A DNA stretch of 64,000 bases, taken from an uncultured Chloroflexia bacterium (GTDB taxonomy: Bacteria > Chloroflexota > Limnocylindria > QHBO01). The DNA lies in the NCBI GenBank assembly GCA_963807915.1, contig CAWEDO010000001.1, forward strand, positions 439,453 through 503,452. The letters are read 5' to 3'. The position numbers were made by a program, and so were the translations under genes. Positions 54,069-62,665 of the stretch are shown piece by piece; position 1 is the stretch's first letter, and each line of letters opens with the position of its first letter. The notes under the pieces were generated by a model. That model was not told where the DNA came from, searched no databases, and saw nothing but the letters and a program-made list of their open reading frames with translations.

Positions 54069-54515
54069 ATGACCCTCCAGCAACGGATCGAGTCCGCCAT
54101 GCGCGATTCGATGCGCGCCCGCGACGAGCGGCGCACCCAGACGCTGCGGATGGCGATGTCGGCTGCCCACAATCGGCAGATCGAGGTCGGCCGCGCCCTG
54201 ACCGATGAGGACTACGTCGAGATCCTCGGCAAGCAGGTCAAGCAGCGTCGCGAGAGCATCGAGGCGTTCCGGTCAGGCGGCCGCGAGGCGATGGCTGAGA
54301 ACGAGGAGGCCGAGGCCGCCATCCTCGCCGAGTTCCTGCCCGAGCCGCTTTCGGCTGACGAGCTGGAGTCGATCGTGCGCGCAGCCATCACCGAGACCGG
54401 TGCTTCGTCGCCCGCCGACCTGGGCAAGGTGATGGGCAAGGTCGTGCCGCAGACCAAGGGACGCGCCGACGGCAAGGCCGTCTCCGACCTGGTGCGGCGC
54501 GTGCTGGGGAGCTGA
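54069..54515 (+). CDS. GatB/YqeY domain protein
   Basis: MTLQQRIESAMRDSMRARDERRTQTLRM... typical of YqeY. The rpsU-yqeY pairing is conserved. Confidence 0.8.
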   Translation: MTLQQRIESAMRDSMRARDERRTQTLRMAMSAAHNRQIEVGRALTDEDYVEILGKQVKQRRESIEAFRSGGREAMAENEEAEAAILAEFLPEPLSADELESIVRAAITETGASSPADLGKVMGKVVPQTKGRADGKAVSDLVRRVLGS

Positions 54516-54520
54516 GCTGA

Positions 54521-56629
54521 GTGTTCATTCCACGCACGCTGGCGAGCACCGAGTCGACGGGACGGGGGGCCTGGGCACGTGCCGCAATCGTCGGCGGCTT
54601 CCTGGCGCTGGTCCTCTTCGCCGTCCTGAGCGTCAGCGTCGGATCGGGGCAGGTCAACCTGGCGGCCGGCGACGTGGCGAACAAAGACATCACCGCGCCA
54701 TTCTCGAAGACCTTCTTCAGCGAGTCGCTGACCGAGGCCGCGCGTACCGCGGCAGCCGACGGCGTGGCCCCGGTCCACGAGGAGATCGCACCTCGCGCCG
54801 ATATCCGCGACCGCCAGCTGCGCATCTATGACAACCTCGCGCGCTCGGTCCGCACGGTCCTCATCCAGCGCGATGCCGGCACGATCGAGGCTGACGAGGT
54901 GCTGACGCGCCTCTCCTCGGCGCTGCCGGCCTTCGCCGACGATCAGATCGCCCTGCTCGCCGCCCTGCCGGTCGACGCCTGGGGGCGGATCACCGACGCC
55001 GGACGCGCTGTCCTCGAGACGACCCTCTCGGGGGAGGTGCGCGACGACATGCTGGCCGACGCGAGGCAGCAGGTACGGACCAACATCACCAATGACCTTT
55101 CGCAGCCGCAACGCGAGATCGCGGGGGACCTGGCCGCCGCCCAGGTCGCGCCCAACATGCAGCTGTCGGCGGCGAAGACGGCGAGCGCCAAGGCGGCCGC
55201 CCGCAACGCCGTGCCGGAAGTCGCGGTTGACATCCGCGAGGGCGAGATCATCGTCCGCGCCGGCGACCCGATCACCCCGCAGATCGTCGAGAAGCTCGAG
55301 GAGCTCGGGCTGACCCGGCCGCGGCTGGAGGTCTCGACCCTGGCGGGCCATGCGCTGGTGGCGATCCTGCTGGCCGCGCTGCTGGTCGCGTTCCTGTGGC
55401 GCTTCGAGCCGAGCATCTGGTTCCGCAACCGCTCGCTGCTGCTCTTCTTCCTGGCCCTGCTCGGGACGGCGGTGGCGCTCCGCATCTCGGCCGACCGGAC
55501 GCTGTGGGCCTACGTGGTGCCGACGGCGGCGACGGTGCTGCTGACAGCGATCCTGCTTGACGGAGCTGCGGGAGTGGCGATGGCGCTCACCCTCGCGACG
55601 CTGGCGGGAGTGATGAACCAGGATGCCTTCGGCCCGGCTGCGTACACTCTCGCCGGCGGGCTGGCGGCAGTCATCACCATCGTGCGGGCCGAGCGCCTCA
55701 ACGTGTTCGTGCGGGCGGGGGTCGCCATCGGCCTCACCAATGTGGTGGTGCTGACCGCCTTCAACCTCATCGAGCAGCGCGACGTGCCAGCCGTCCTGCA
55801 GGGCATCGCGGCGGGCTCGGTCAACGCCGCGCTGTCCGTCTTCCTCGCGGTTGGCTCGTTCGCGGTCCTCGGCCACCTGTTCGGGATCATGACCGTGTTC
55901 CAGCTGCTCGAGCTCGCGAACCCCTCGTCGCGCCTCCTGCGACGCCTTCTGATGGAGACGCCGGGGACGTATCACCACAGCGTCATGGTCGGCAACCTGG
56001 CCGAGCGAGCGGCCGAGACGATCGGCGCGGACCCGCTGCTCGCCCGCGTGGCGGCCTACTACCACGACATCGGCAAGATGAAGAATCCCCTGGCCTTCAT
56101 CGAGAACCAGGCCGGGGCGCACAACATCCACGACGACCTGACCCCGGAGTCGAGCGCGCGGATCATCGCCGGGCACGTGCGCGACGGGATCGACCTGGGC
56201 TACGAGTTCGGGCTGCCGGTGCAGATCATCGGCTTCATCCCGCAGCACCACGGCACGAGCGTCATGAGCTACTTCTACGGCAAGGCGCTGCGCGAGCTGG
56301 GTGGCGACGAGGAGGTCGCGGCGCGCGACCGCTACCGCTATCCGGGGCCGAAGCCGCAGAGCCGCGAGGCGGCGATCCTGATGCTGGCCGACGGGGTGGA
56401 GGCATCGGTCCGATCGCTCGAGGAGAAGGACGAGGTCTCGATCCGCGCCATGGTCAACCGGATCGTTGACGCGCGGGTCGAGGACGGCCAGCTCGACGAG
56501 GCGGAGCTCACGCTGCGCAACCTGACGCAGATCAAGGAAGCGTTCGTCCAACAGCTGCTGGGCATGTACCACACCCGGATCCAGTACCCGGACAACGTCG
56601 TCCCGCTCGAGCAGCAGCGGGAGGCTTGA
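54521..56629 (+). CDS. pgpH: 7TM receptor with intracellular HD hydrolase (PgpH/YqfF-type cyclic-di-AMP phosphodiesterase family)
   Basis: Extracellular N-domain, 7 TM helices, and an HD domain (HHSVMVGNLAERAAETIGADPLLARVAAYYHDIGKM). GTG start. Confidence 0.8.
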   Translation: MFIPRTLASTESTGRGAWARAAIVGGFLALVLFAVLSVSVGSGQVNLAAGDVANKDITAPFSKTFFSESLTEAARTAAADGVAPVHEEIAPRADIRDRQLRIYDNLARSVRTVLIQRDAGTIEADEVLTRLSSALPAFADDQIALLAALPVDAWGRITDAGRAVLETTLSGEVRDDMLADARQQVRTNITNDLSQPQREIAGDLAAAQVAPNMQLSAAKTASAKAAARNAVPEVAVDIREGEIIVRAGDPITPQIVEKLEELGLTRPRLEVSTLAGHALVAILLAALLVAFLWRFEPSIWFRNRSLLLFFLALLGTAVALRISADRTLWAYVVPTAATVLLTAILLDGAAGVAMALTLATLAGVMNQDAFGPAAYTLAGGLAAVITIVRAERLNVFVRAGVAIGLTNVVVLTAFNLIEQRDVPAVLQGIAAGSVNAALSVFLAVGSFAVLGHLFGIMTVFQLLELANPSSRLLRRLLMETPGTYHHSVMVGNLAERAAETIGADPLLARVAAYYHDIGKMKNPLAFIENQAGAHNIHDDLTPESSARIIAGHVRDGIDLGYEFGLPVQIIGFIPQHHGTSVMSYFYGKALRELGGDEEVAARDRYRYPGPKPQSREAAILMLADGVEASVRSLEEKDEVSIRAMVNRIVDARVEDGQLDEAELTLRNLTQIKEAFVQQLLGMYHTRIQYPDNVVPLEQQREA

Positions 56630-56660
56630 GCCGCGCCCCATAGGAGCCTACGATGGCACC

Positions 56661-57248
56661 ATGGGCTGCGAGGTCACCTTCCATCACCGGATCGGCCAGG
56701 ATCGGCTGACCGCGGCCATCGCTCCCCAGACCTCCGAGGCGTTCCACAAGCTGCTCGAGTCGGCCCTGGCCGAGACCTGTCAGGCGGCGCTCGGCTCGCA
56801 GGATGTTGAGATCGAGCTGACGCTCTCCGGCGACGAGGAGATGACGCACCTCAACTTCGACCACATGGGCGAGCGCGGCCCCACCGACGTCCTCGCCTTC
56901 CCGCTGCACGAGTGGTCGGTCGACATGGGCCACTCCCACCTCGCCGATGAGGATGCCGGCATGCCGCCGGGCGGCCTCCTGCTCGGGGACGTGGTGATCG
57001 ACGTCGAGCAGGCCGTGCGGCAGGCGACCGATGGCGGCTGGAGCGCGGCGCAGGAGATCGCCCTGCTCGCGGTCCACGGGACGCTGCACCTGATCGGCCA
57101 TGACCACGTCGAGAGCGAGGACGAGGCCGCCATGCGGGCGATCGAGCGGAAGGTCCTCGAGAAGCTGCACAAGCGCCACGCCGATGTCGGCTGGCGGCCC
57201 GGCTCCCTCTTCGACCGGCCGGGCAGCACGGTCCCGGCCGGCGCCTAG
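56661..57248 (+). CDS. ybeY: rRNA maturation endoribonuclease YbeY, with a ~35-aa C-terminal extension
   Basis: Zinc motif HGTLHLIGHDH; 195 aa. Follows pgpH as in the Bacillus yqfF-yqfG arrangement. Confidence 0.85.
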   Translation: MGCEVTFHHRIGQDRLTAAIAPQTSEAFHKLLESALAETCQAALGSQDVEIELTLSGDEEMTHLNFDHMGERGPTDVLAFPLHEWSVDMGHSHLADEDAGMPPGGLLLGDVVIDVEQAVRQATDGGWSAAQEIALLAVHGTLHLIGHDHVESEDEAAMRAIERKVLEKLHKRHADVGWRPGSLFDRPGSTVPAGA

Positions 57249-59038
57249 CTGGGCACGAGGTGCACGGGGTTCCCGCGGATGGTGACCGCCCAGGTCGTCG
57301 TGTCGTTCCCGCCGCCAACCGTGTAGCGCACCTTCCACCACCCCGGCGCCGGTTCCCCACCCGGGGTGAGCCCGGTCAGCCCATACGTGGACGGCAGCGT
57401 GATGCTGATGCGCAGCCAATAGGCATCGAAGTGGCTGCCGCTGCCATCCGTGCTGCGCGGGCAGTAGGCCGGCAGGCCGGCCGGGACGCTCGACCCGTGA
57501 TTGGTCTGGATGCAGCGCACGTTCGTCCCTGACTCGCCAGCCGTTCCGCTCTTGTCATGGCTCGTGTACGAGAAGGTGGCGGCGTTGTAGGCATTGCCGT
57601 CGGGGTTGAGGACCTCGAGCCACGCGCCGCCGCCGACGTCGCCGGGATCGTAGAGATCGATGTCGATCGTCTTGCCCGCCCCCGACGGCCGGTCGATCTG
57701 GGCCAGGTAGAAGGTCTGGACGCCCGTCTGGACGTTCGCGTAGGCCGCCATCCGGCTTGACCCGTAGACGCGCGGATTGCCCGACGTGCTCGTGACCTCA
57801 AGACCCCAGCGATTTGCCGCTCCCACCCCGGCGTTGATGTTCGGGTCGAGGATGACCGTGCCACCCCCACTGGCGGTCACCACCTTGGTGGTGGTGACCT
57901 GGAGCCGGTACTTGCCGGCCGCCAGATTGACCGGGATCCGCCACCACTTGAGGTGGTATTGGTAGTTCGGATCGGTCGCCCGGTCGCAGCGCGTGACGCC
58001 GTTGCTTCCACTTGCGTATTGCGGGGCGCCGGTGCCGAGCAGGCCGCTCTCGTCGACCTGCCGCTCGTTCTCGAACGTGCCACCCGAGCCCCATACCAGC
58101 GTGTCATCGGTCAGCAGGAAAGGCGTTCCGTTCTGGTTGTAGAGGTTGAAGTAGGTGGACACCGACTGCGGATTGGACCCGCCCATGTTCGTGGTCCACT
58201 CGTCACCCGTCCCGGCCCGGCCGGAGCCGACTACCGGCATGCCGCAGAAGCCGGGATCGAAGAGGTAGACCCGTCCGCCGCCACCACCGGGGATCTCGAC
58301 GGTGTAGCCGTACCCGGCCGGATCATATTCGGGGTTGGTGATGGTTGGTCCGCTCACCCGGGTCGGCAGGTAGGCGTCGCCGTTTCGGCTGTCACCGCCC
58401 ATGGTGAATGACACGCCCCAGAAGCCCTGGCTGTTCAGCTGGCTGGGCGCGCTCCGGCCGAGCGCGGTGCTCGAGGCCGTGGCGTTGGGGACGCCGCTCG
58501 AGGAATTCGAGTTCCCCGACGTGATGCACAGCGGGTCGCTGCCTGCCGCGCGCATGTCAATGCAGCCGACGCCGTAGTAGTTGAGCGGGCTGCCCATCGG
58601 CACGGGGAGGACGTATTCGGCGCTGGCAGTGCGGGCGATCGGGATGGTGTTGATGCCGACGATCCGCGCGAAGAAGGTGTCGACACGGGTCGAGATCGTG
58701 ACATTCAGGCGCCGCGGGTTGCCAGGGTCCTGGACCGGCGTGACGACCGTCCCCGATCCATCGGTGTACCCGTTCTTGGTAGCCTCCTGCTCGGCGATCG
58801 TGTATCCGGTCGCAACCTGGCCGGGCAGGAAGACCACCCCCGCCAGCGCTGCCGCGTCCGCGGCGCGCTGGACGCGCAGGACGTTGCTCTGGTACCAGCC
58901 GAGGTCGATGATCAGGCCGACCAGCGCGATGAGCGGGATGAGGACGCCGCCTGCGATGACGAGCACCTGTCCGCGGTGCGAGTTACGCGAACGCCGGCGG
59001 TCGGTGGTGGCCGGTGACGGGCTGTCGTGGCTGGGCAT
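57245..59038 (-). CDS. TadG-like / Tad N-terminal-domain pseudopilin-like large protein (597 aa, Gly/Ser/Thr-rich beta-rich extracellular region)
   Basis: N-terminus VLVIAGGVLIPLIALVGLIIDLGWYQSNVLRVQRAADAAALAGV is the Tad/TadE-G-like N-terminal TM motif. Long low-complexity extracellular part. Confidence 0.7.
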   Translation of the reverse strand: MPSHDSPSPATTDRRRSRNSHRGQVLVIAGGVLIPLIALVGLIIDLGWYQSNVLRVQRAADAAALAGVVFLPGQVATGYTIAEQEATKNGYTDGSGTVVTPVQDPGNPRRLNVTISTRVDTFFARIVGINTIPIARTASAEYVLPVPMGSPLNYYGVGCIDMRAAGSDPLCITSGNSNSSSGVPNATASSTALGRSAPSQLNSQGFWGVSFTMGGDSRNGDAYLPTRVSGPTITNPEYDPAGYGYTVEIPGGGGGRVYLFDPGFCGMPVVGSGRAGTGDEWTTNMGGSNPQSVSTYFNLYNQNGTPFLLTDDTLVWGSGGTFENERQVDESGLLGTGAPQYASGSNGVTRCDRATDPNYQYHLKWWRIPVNLAAGKYRLQVTTTKVVTASGGGTVILDPNINAGVGAANRWGLEVTSTSGNPRVYGSSRMAAYANVQTGVQTFYLAQIDRPSGAGKTIDIDLYDPGDVGGGAWLEVLNPDGNAYNAATFSYTSHDKSGTAGESGTNVRCIQTNHGSSVPAGLPAYCPRSTDGSGSHFDAYWLRISITLPSTYGLTGLTPGGEPAPGWWKVRYTVGGGNDTTTWAVTIRGNPVHLVPS

Positions 59039-59047
59039 GGACTCTCC

Positions 59048-59641
59048 TCACTGACCCGTCGGATTGAGGGCCATCACGGTTCGATCGTTCATCGTCAGGC
59101 TGCTCACGCCGGCGAGCGCCAGGAACGGGGTCTGGAAGTCGTACCTGTAGCGCATGGCGATGCCGATCGAATCGGCAGGCTGCGTGTTGGTGCGGAAGCA
59201 GGCACTCCATCCCACCGAGACCTGCGAGAAGTCCAGCCTCTGGCCGCCGACCACGGGTCCGCCACCAGGGTTGTATCGCCAGACGTTGACGATGCCGGGC
59301 GTCTCGCCGCCGGTGGCCGTCGCCTTGAAGATGCGAATCTCTCCGACCTGGGCGGGCTGGATGGGCGATCCGGACCCCTCCAGCACGCGCTCGATGGCAG
59401 CGATGATGTTCGGGTCAACGCTCGCGGCGTTCGGGGACTTGCCTGCGCCGCAGCCGAGCGGCCCGCCACCGTTCGCCAGGGCCGATCCGACGCGAGCGCC
59501 CTCTCGGGTGGCGTATTCGATCGTCAGGTTGTTCGTGAAGATGAACCCGAACTCCACGGCGCCCAGGATCAGGAAGAGGAGGAACGGGATCGCCATCGCC
59601 GCCTCGACCATGCTCTGGCCGCGCTCAGCGCGCCCGCTCAT
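59048..59641 (-). CDS. TadE-like protein (paralog 1)
   Basis: Internal start MSGRAERGQSMVEAAMAIPFLLFLILGAVEFGFIF (TadE motif) of ORF 59048..60052. 198 aa. Confidence 0.7.
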   Translation of the reverse strand: MSGRAERGQSMVEAAMAIPFLLFLILGAVEFGFIFTNNLTIEYATREGARVGSALANGGGPLGCGAGKSPNAASVDPNIIAAIERVLEGSGSPIQPAQVGEIRIFKATATGGETPGIVNVWRYNPGGGPVVGGQRLDFSQVSVGWSACFRTNTQPADSIGIAMRYRYDFQTPFLALAGVSSLTMNDRTVMALNPTGQ

Positions 59642-59661
59642 CGCTCGCTCCCGGTCGCGAG

Positions 59662-60255
59662 TCACAGAACCGGCTCCATGCGCATCTGCTGCGTCGCCGT
59701 GAAGGTGGGCGGACCGACGAAGCCGATCATGCCGGAGAGCGGCGTCTTCCAGGCGTACCGGTAGGTGACCTTCACGCCGATGGTGTCGATCCCCGTGTGG
59801 ACGCCGCCGCAGCCAAGGAGAACGTTGCAGCGGCCGGGCTCGGGATAGGTGGTGGCGACGACGCTGTACGGCAAGGTATGTGCGATGCCGTCCAGGTCGG
59901 AGCAAGTCATCGACCCCGTCCGGCGATACCGGTTCACCTGGCCGCTGATGACGTTCCCGTTCAGGTCGGAGAAGTAGACCTCGACGGTGGCGATGCCCGA
60001 CCGGTCGGACGTGGCGCCGAAGTCGCGCTCGAGGGCGTTCAGTGCCGTGCAATCAGTCCCCGTCCGATCGCCGCCCTCGGCCACCACCTGGGCAACGAGA
60101 CGGGTCGCGTAGTTGAGCGCATTGAGGGTGCTGAACGCGAAGGCGAACTCGACGAATGCAATCAGAACCATCAGGAACAGTGGAAGGACGAGCGCGAACT
60201 CGACTGCGGCCTGGCCGCGCCTTTGCCGCCCACGCCGCGCACGGAGGAGGAACAT
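59662..60255 (-). CDS. TadE-like protein (paralog 2)
   Basis: Internal start MFLLRARRGRQRRGQAAVEFALVLPLFLMVLIAFVEFAF. 198 aa, the same length as paralog 1. Confidence 0.7.
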   Translation of the reverse strand: MFLLRARRGRQRRGQAAVEFALVLPLFLMVLIAFVEFAFAFSTLNALNYATRLVAQVVAEGGDRTGTDCTALNALERDFGATSDRSGIATVEVYFSDLNGNVISGQVNRYRRTGSMTCSDLDGIAHTLPYSVVATTYPEPGRCNVLLGCGGVHTGIDTIGVKVTYRYAWKTPLSGMIGFVGPPTFTATQQMRMEPVL

Positions 60256-60572
60256 TCGGTTTCCCTTGGCGCTACGGTCTGATCGTACGATTTGGCCCAC
60301 AGACTGGGACGAATAGGGCGTGGGCGCGATGGCCCATTAGTCCTGGGCGGGTGGGAAGACCGGTTGCCTTCGGGCCGGATGTCAGGGAGCGGGCGTCCCT
60401 CGGTCGGCGGCTCCGTCGGCTCGCCTCGGCTCGCCTCGGCCGATAACCCAGGGTCATCGTCATGCGCCGATGCACTCTCTCGTGCGCCAAATGATCAGCG
60501 TGGGTGATTCGGAGACGCCGGAACAGGCTGAGATGCCCACGAGCATCAGCAGCGGTAATGACCGCCCGCGAG

Positions 60573-61724
60573 TCAGCTCGGGGTGGGTCGCGCTGCCGCC
60601 AGCTCGGGGGGCACCGTTGCCCCCTTGAGGATCGCCTCGACCACCAGCTGGGCCGACGCCGGGCCAGTAGAGATGCCCCAGGGGCCGTGGCCGGCGCACA
60701 CGAACAGGCCCTCGACCCCGGCCACCGGACCGATGAAGGGACGGCTGTCCGCGGATTGCGGTCGCGCGCAGACGCGCACCCCCCGCACGGGCGCGCTCGC
60801 GATCGCCGGGAGGTAGGTCGCTCCGCGCTCGATCAAGAGTCGTGCAATCCGCGCGCCATCCGGCTCGCTCGGCAGGAAGGTGGATCCCAGCGTGGAGACA
60901 CCGGCCGCCGCCGCGACGGTGAAGAGGGTGTGCGGATTCGCCTCGGGCTCGCCGGCTGCGGCCTTCGCTGCTGCAACCAGCGGACGGTTCACCGCGTCCA
61001 CCTCGTCCTCCTCGATGACGTGGTGCGGCGCCGCCTCGCCCAGGTCGAGCTGCACGGTGACGCCCCAGGTGCGCTTGATCGGATCCCAGACGCCCGTGGT
61101 GTCGACCAGCTGCGGCGACCAGGGGCCGGCGGCGACGAGCACGACCCCCGCCGCGTGTCGTGTGCCGTCCGTGAGCCTGACGCCCTTGACTGCGCCCTCC
61201 TCCATCCACGGCTCAGCTCCCATCCCGATCCGAGTCTTGGCGCCGCGCGCCGCGGCGAGCTTCGCAAATGCGGCGGTCGCCGAGGCCGGCGGGATCGGGT
61301 AGCCAGTGTCCAGGCGGCACGCGGCGAATCCGGGAACCAGTGAGGGCTCGGCGGCGGCCACCGCATCGGTCTCTGCGAACTCGACCTTCAGGTCCGGGAC
61401 GGCCTCGCGCAGGTGCGCGACCTGGCGACGGGAGGCATCGGGATCACGGTTCAGCATCAGGACGCCGCGTGGCGCCGAGGGCATCGCGAACCCCGTCCCC
61501 TGCGCCGCCAACGCGTGGTACGCCTCGAGGCTGGCGTAGTAGAGGGGCGCCAGGGCTGCGTCGAAGGGGTGCTGGATGGCCCCGAGGTTGCGCCCAGATG
61601 CGCCCGCGCCGATGGCAGTGGCCTCGTACAGGGTGACCCTCGCGCCACGGTCGGCAAGAAAAGCGGCCGCCGAGCAGCCGATGATCCCGCCGCCGATGAC
61701 GGCGACCTCAGGAGCTGCTGGCAT
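60573..61724 (-). CDS. FAD-dependent oxidoreductase (DAO family; glycine/D-amino-acid oxidase-like)
   Basis: Internal start MPAAPEVAVIGGGIIGCSAAAFLADRGARVTLYE (Rossmann GxGxxG) of ORF 60573..61919. The start coordinate is taken from the ORF frame and could be off by 1. Confidence 0.75.
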   Translation of the reverse strand: MPAAPEVAVIGGGIIGCSAAAFLADRGARVTLYEATAIGAGASGRNLGAIQHPFDAALAPLYYASLEAYHALAAQGTGFAMPSAPRGVLMLNRDPDASRRQVAHLREAVPDLKVEFAETDAVAAAEPSLVPGFAACRLDTGYPIPPASATAAFAKLAAARGAKTRIGMGAEPWMEEGAVKGVRLTDGTRHAAGVVLVAAGPWSPQLVDTTGVWDPIKRTWGVTVQLDLGEAAPHHVIEEDEVDAVNRPLVAAAKAAAGEPEANPHTLFTVAAAAGVSTLGSTFLPSEPDGARIARLLIERGATYLPAIASAPVRGVRVCARPQSADSRPFIGPVAGVEGLFVCAGHGPWGISTGPASAQLVVEAILKGATVPPELAAARPTPS

Positions 61725-62077
61725 CGAAGGGTGGGTGCCAGTCGCGCGGCAGACTGCGGAATGCCATGTTCCCGTTGGAGAACACGCCACAAGCCTTAGG
61801 ACTCGGAGGCGGGATTGGGGTGTTGGGCAATCCGTGGCCGACCCAAGGCAATCGTTCGCTGCTAACCCACCAGCGTCCAATCTCGGCGTCGCCAGTTGGG
61901 AAGCCCAGCGCGATCTCACTCGTCTCCGCGATGAAAGCGAAGTGCGTTCGGTCGGGGAAGCCGCAGGCGGCCGGGGTCTTCGGGGTCGTAGGGAGGCCGA
62001 AGCAGCCCGACAGCAGGACGGTGACGATCAGCAACGAACCCTTCACGGTCCGCGGATTGTGCCACCATCGGCCGGCA

Positions 62078-62665
62078 ATGAAGGTCATCTGCGGCCTGGG
62101 CAACCCGGGCGAGCGCTACCTGCTCACGCGTCACAACATCGGCTTCCGGGTGGTGGACCTGCTCGCCGACCGGTGGGGCCCGACCGGAGCTGGCCGAGTG
62201 CGAGATGGGGCATCCGTGCTCGAGACGACCCTGGCGGAACCGATCGGCCGCGTGTTGCTGGTGAAGCCGCAGCGGTTCATGAACCTCTCCGGATCGGCGC
62301 TCAAGGCCGCCATGCGCCAGACAGATGCGGACCCCGCCACCGATCTCCTGGTGATCGCCGACGAAGCCGACCTGCCGCTTGGCAAGGTGCGGCTGCGCCG
62401 ATCCGGCTCGGCCGGTGGCCATAACGGGCTGCGCGACATCATCGCGGCCCTGGGGACGAACGAGTTCAACCGGCTGCGGATCGGGATCGGTCGGGGCGGG
62501 GAGCTCGTCGACCACGTGCTCGCCACCTTCAAGCCGGGCGAGAAGACGCTCGCCGCGGAGGCGATCGCCACCGGAGCCGATGCCGCCGAGCGCTGGCTTC
62601 GCGACGGGATCGACGCCGCGATGAGCGAATTCAACGGCCTCGACCTGGCCGACGATCCGGAGTGA
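62078..62665 (+). CDS. pth: Peptidyl-tRNA hydrolase
   Basis: MKVICGLGNPGERYLLTRHNIGFRVVD... internal start of ORF 61766..62665. The upstream 100 codons of that ORF are low-GC and do not look like protein. Confidence 0.9.
   Translation: MKVICGLGNPGERYLLTRHNIGFRVVDLLADRWGPTGAGRVRDGASVLETTLAEPIGRVLLVKPQRFMNLSGSALKAAMRQTDADPATDLLVIADEADLPLGKVRLRRSGSAGGHNGLRDIIAALGTNEFNRLRIGIGRGGELVDHVLATFKPGEKTLAAEAIATGADAAERWLRDGIDAAMSEFNGLDLADDPE

Noticed and set aside
53722-54072. 116-aa ORF upstream of yqeY as a real gene
   Set aside because: Arg-rich with no homology. A perfect S21 (rpsU) homolog lies in another frame within it.
60418-60441. Direct repeat TCGGCTCGCC x2.5 as a possible CRISPR or minisatellite
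   Set aside because: Only two and a half copies of a 10-mer with no spacers, which is far too short for a CRISPR array. It is probably chance or a minor slippage repeat.
60256-60572. Flp-type pilin gene upstream of the TadE/TadG trio
   Set aside because: Translating all minus-strand frames gave no G-x4-EY pilin motif and no short hydrophobic ORF. The only ORF there (60272..60490) is Arg-rich nonsense.
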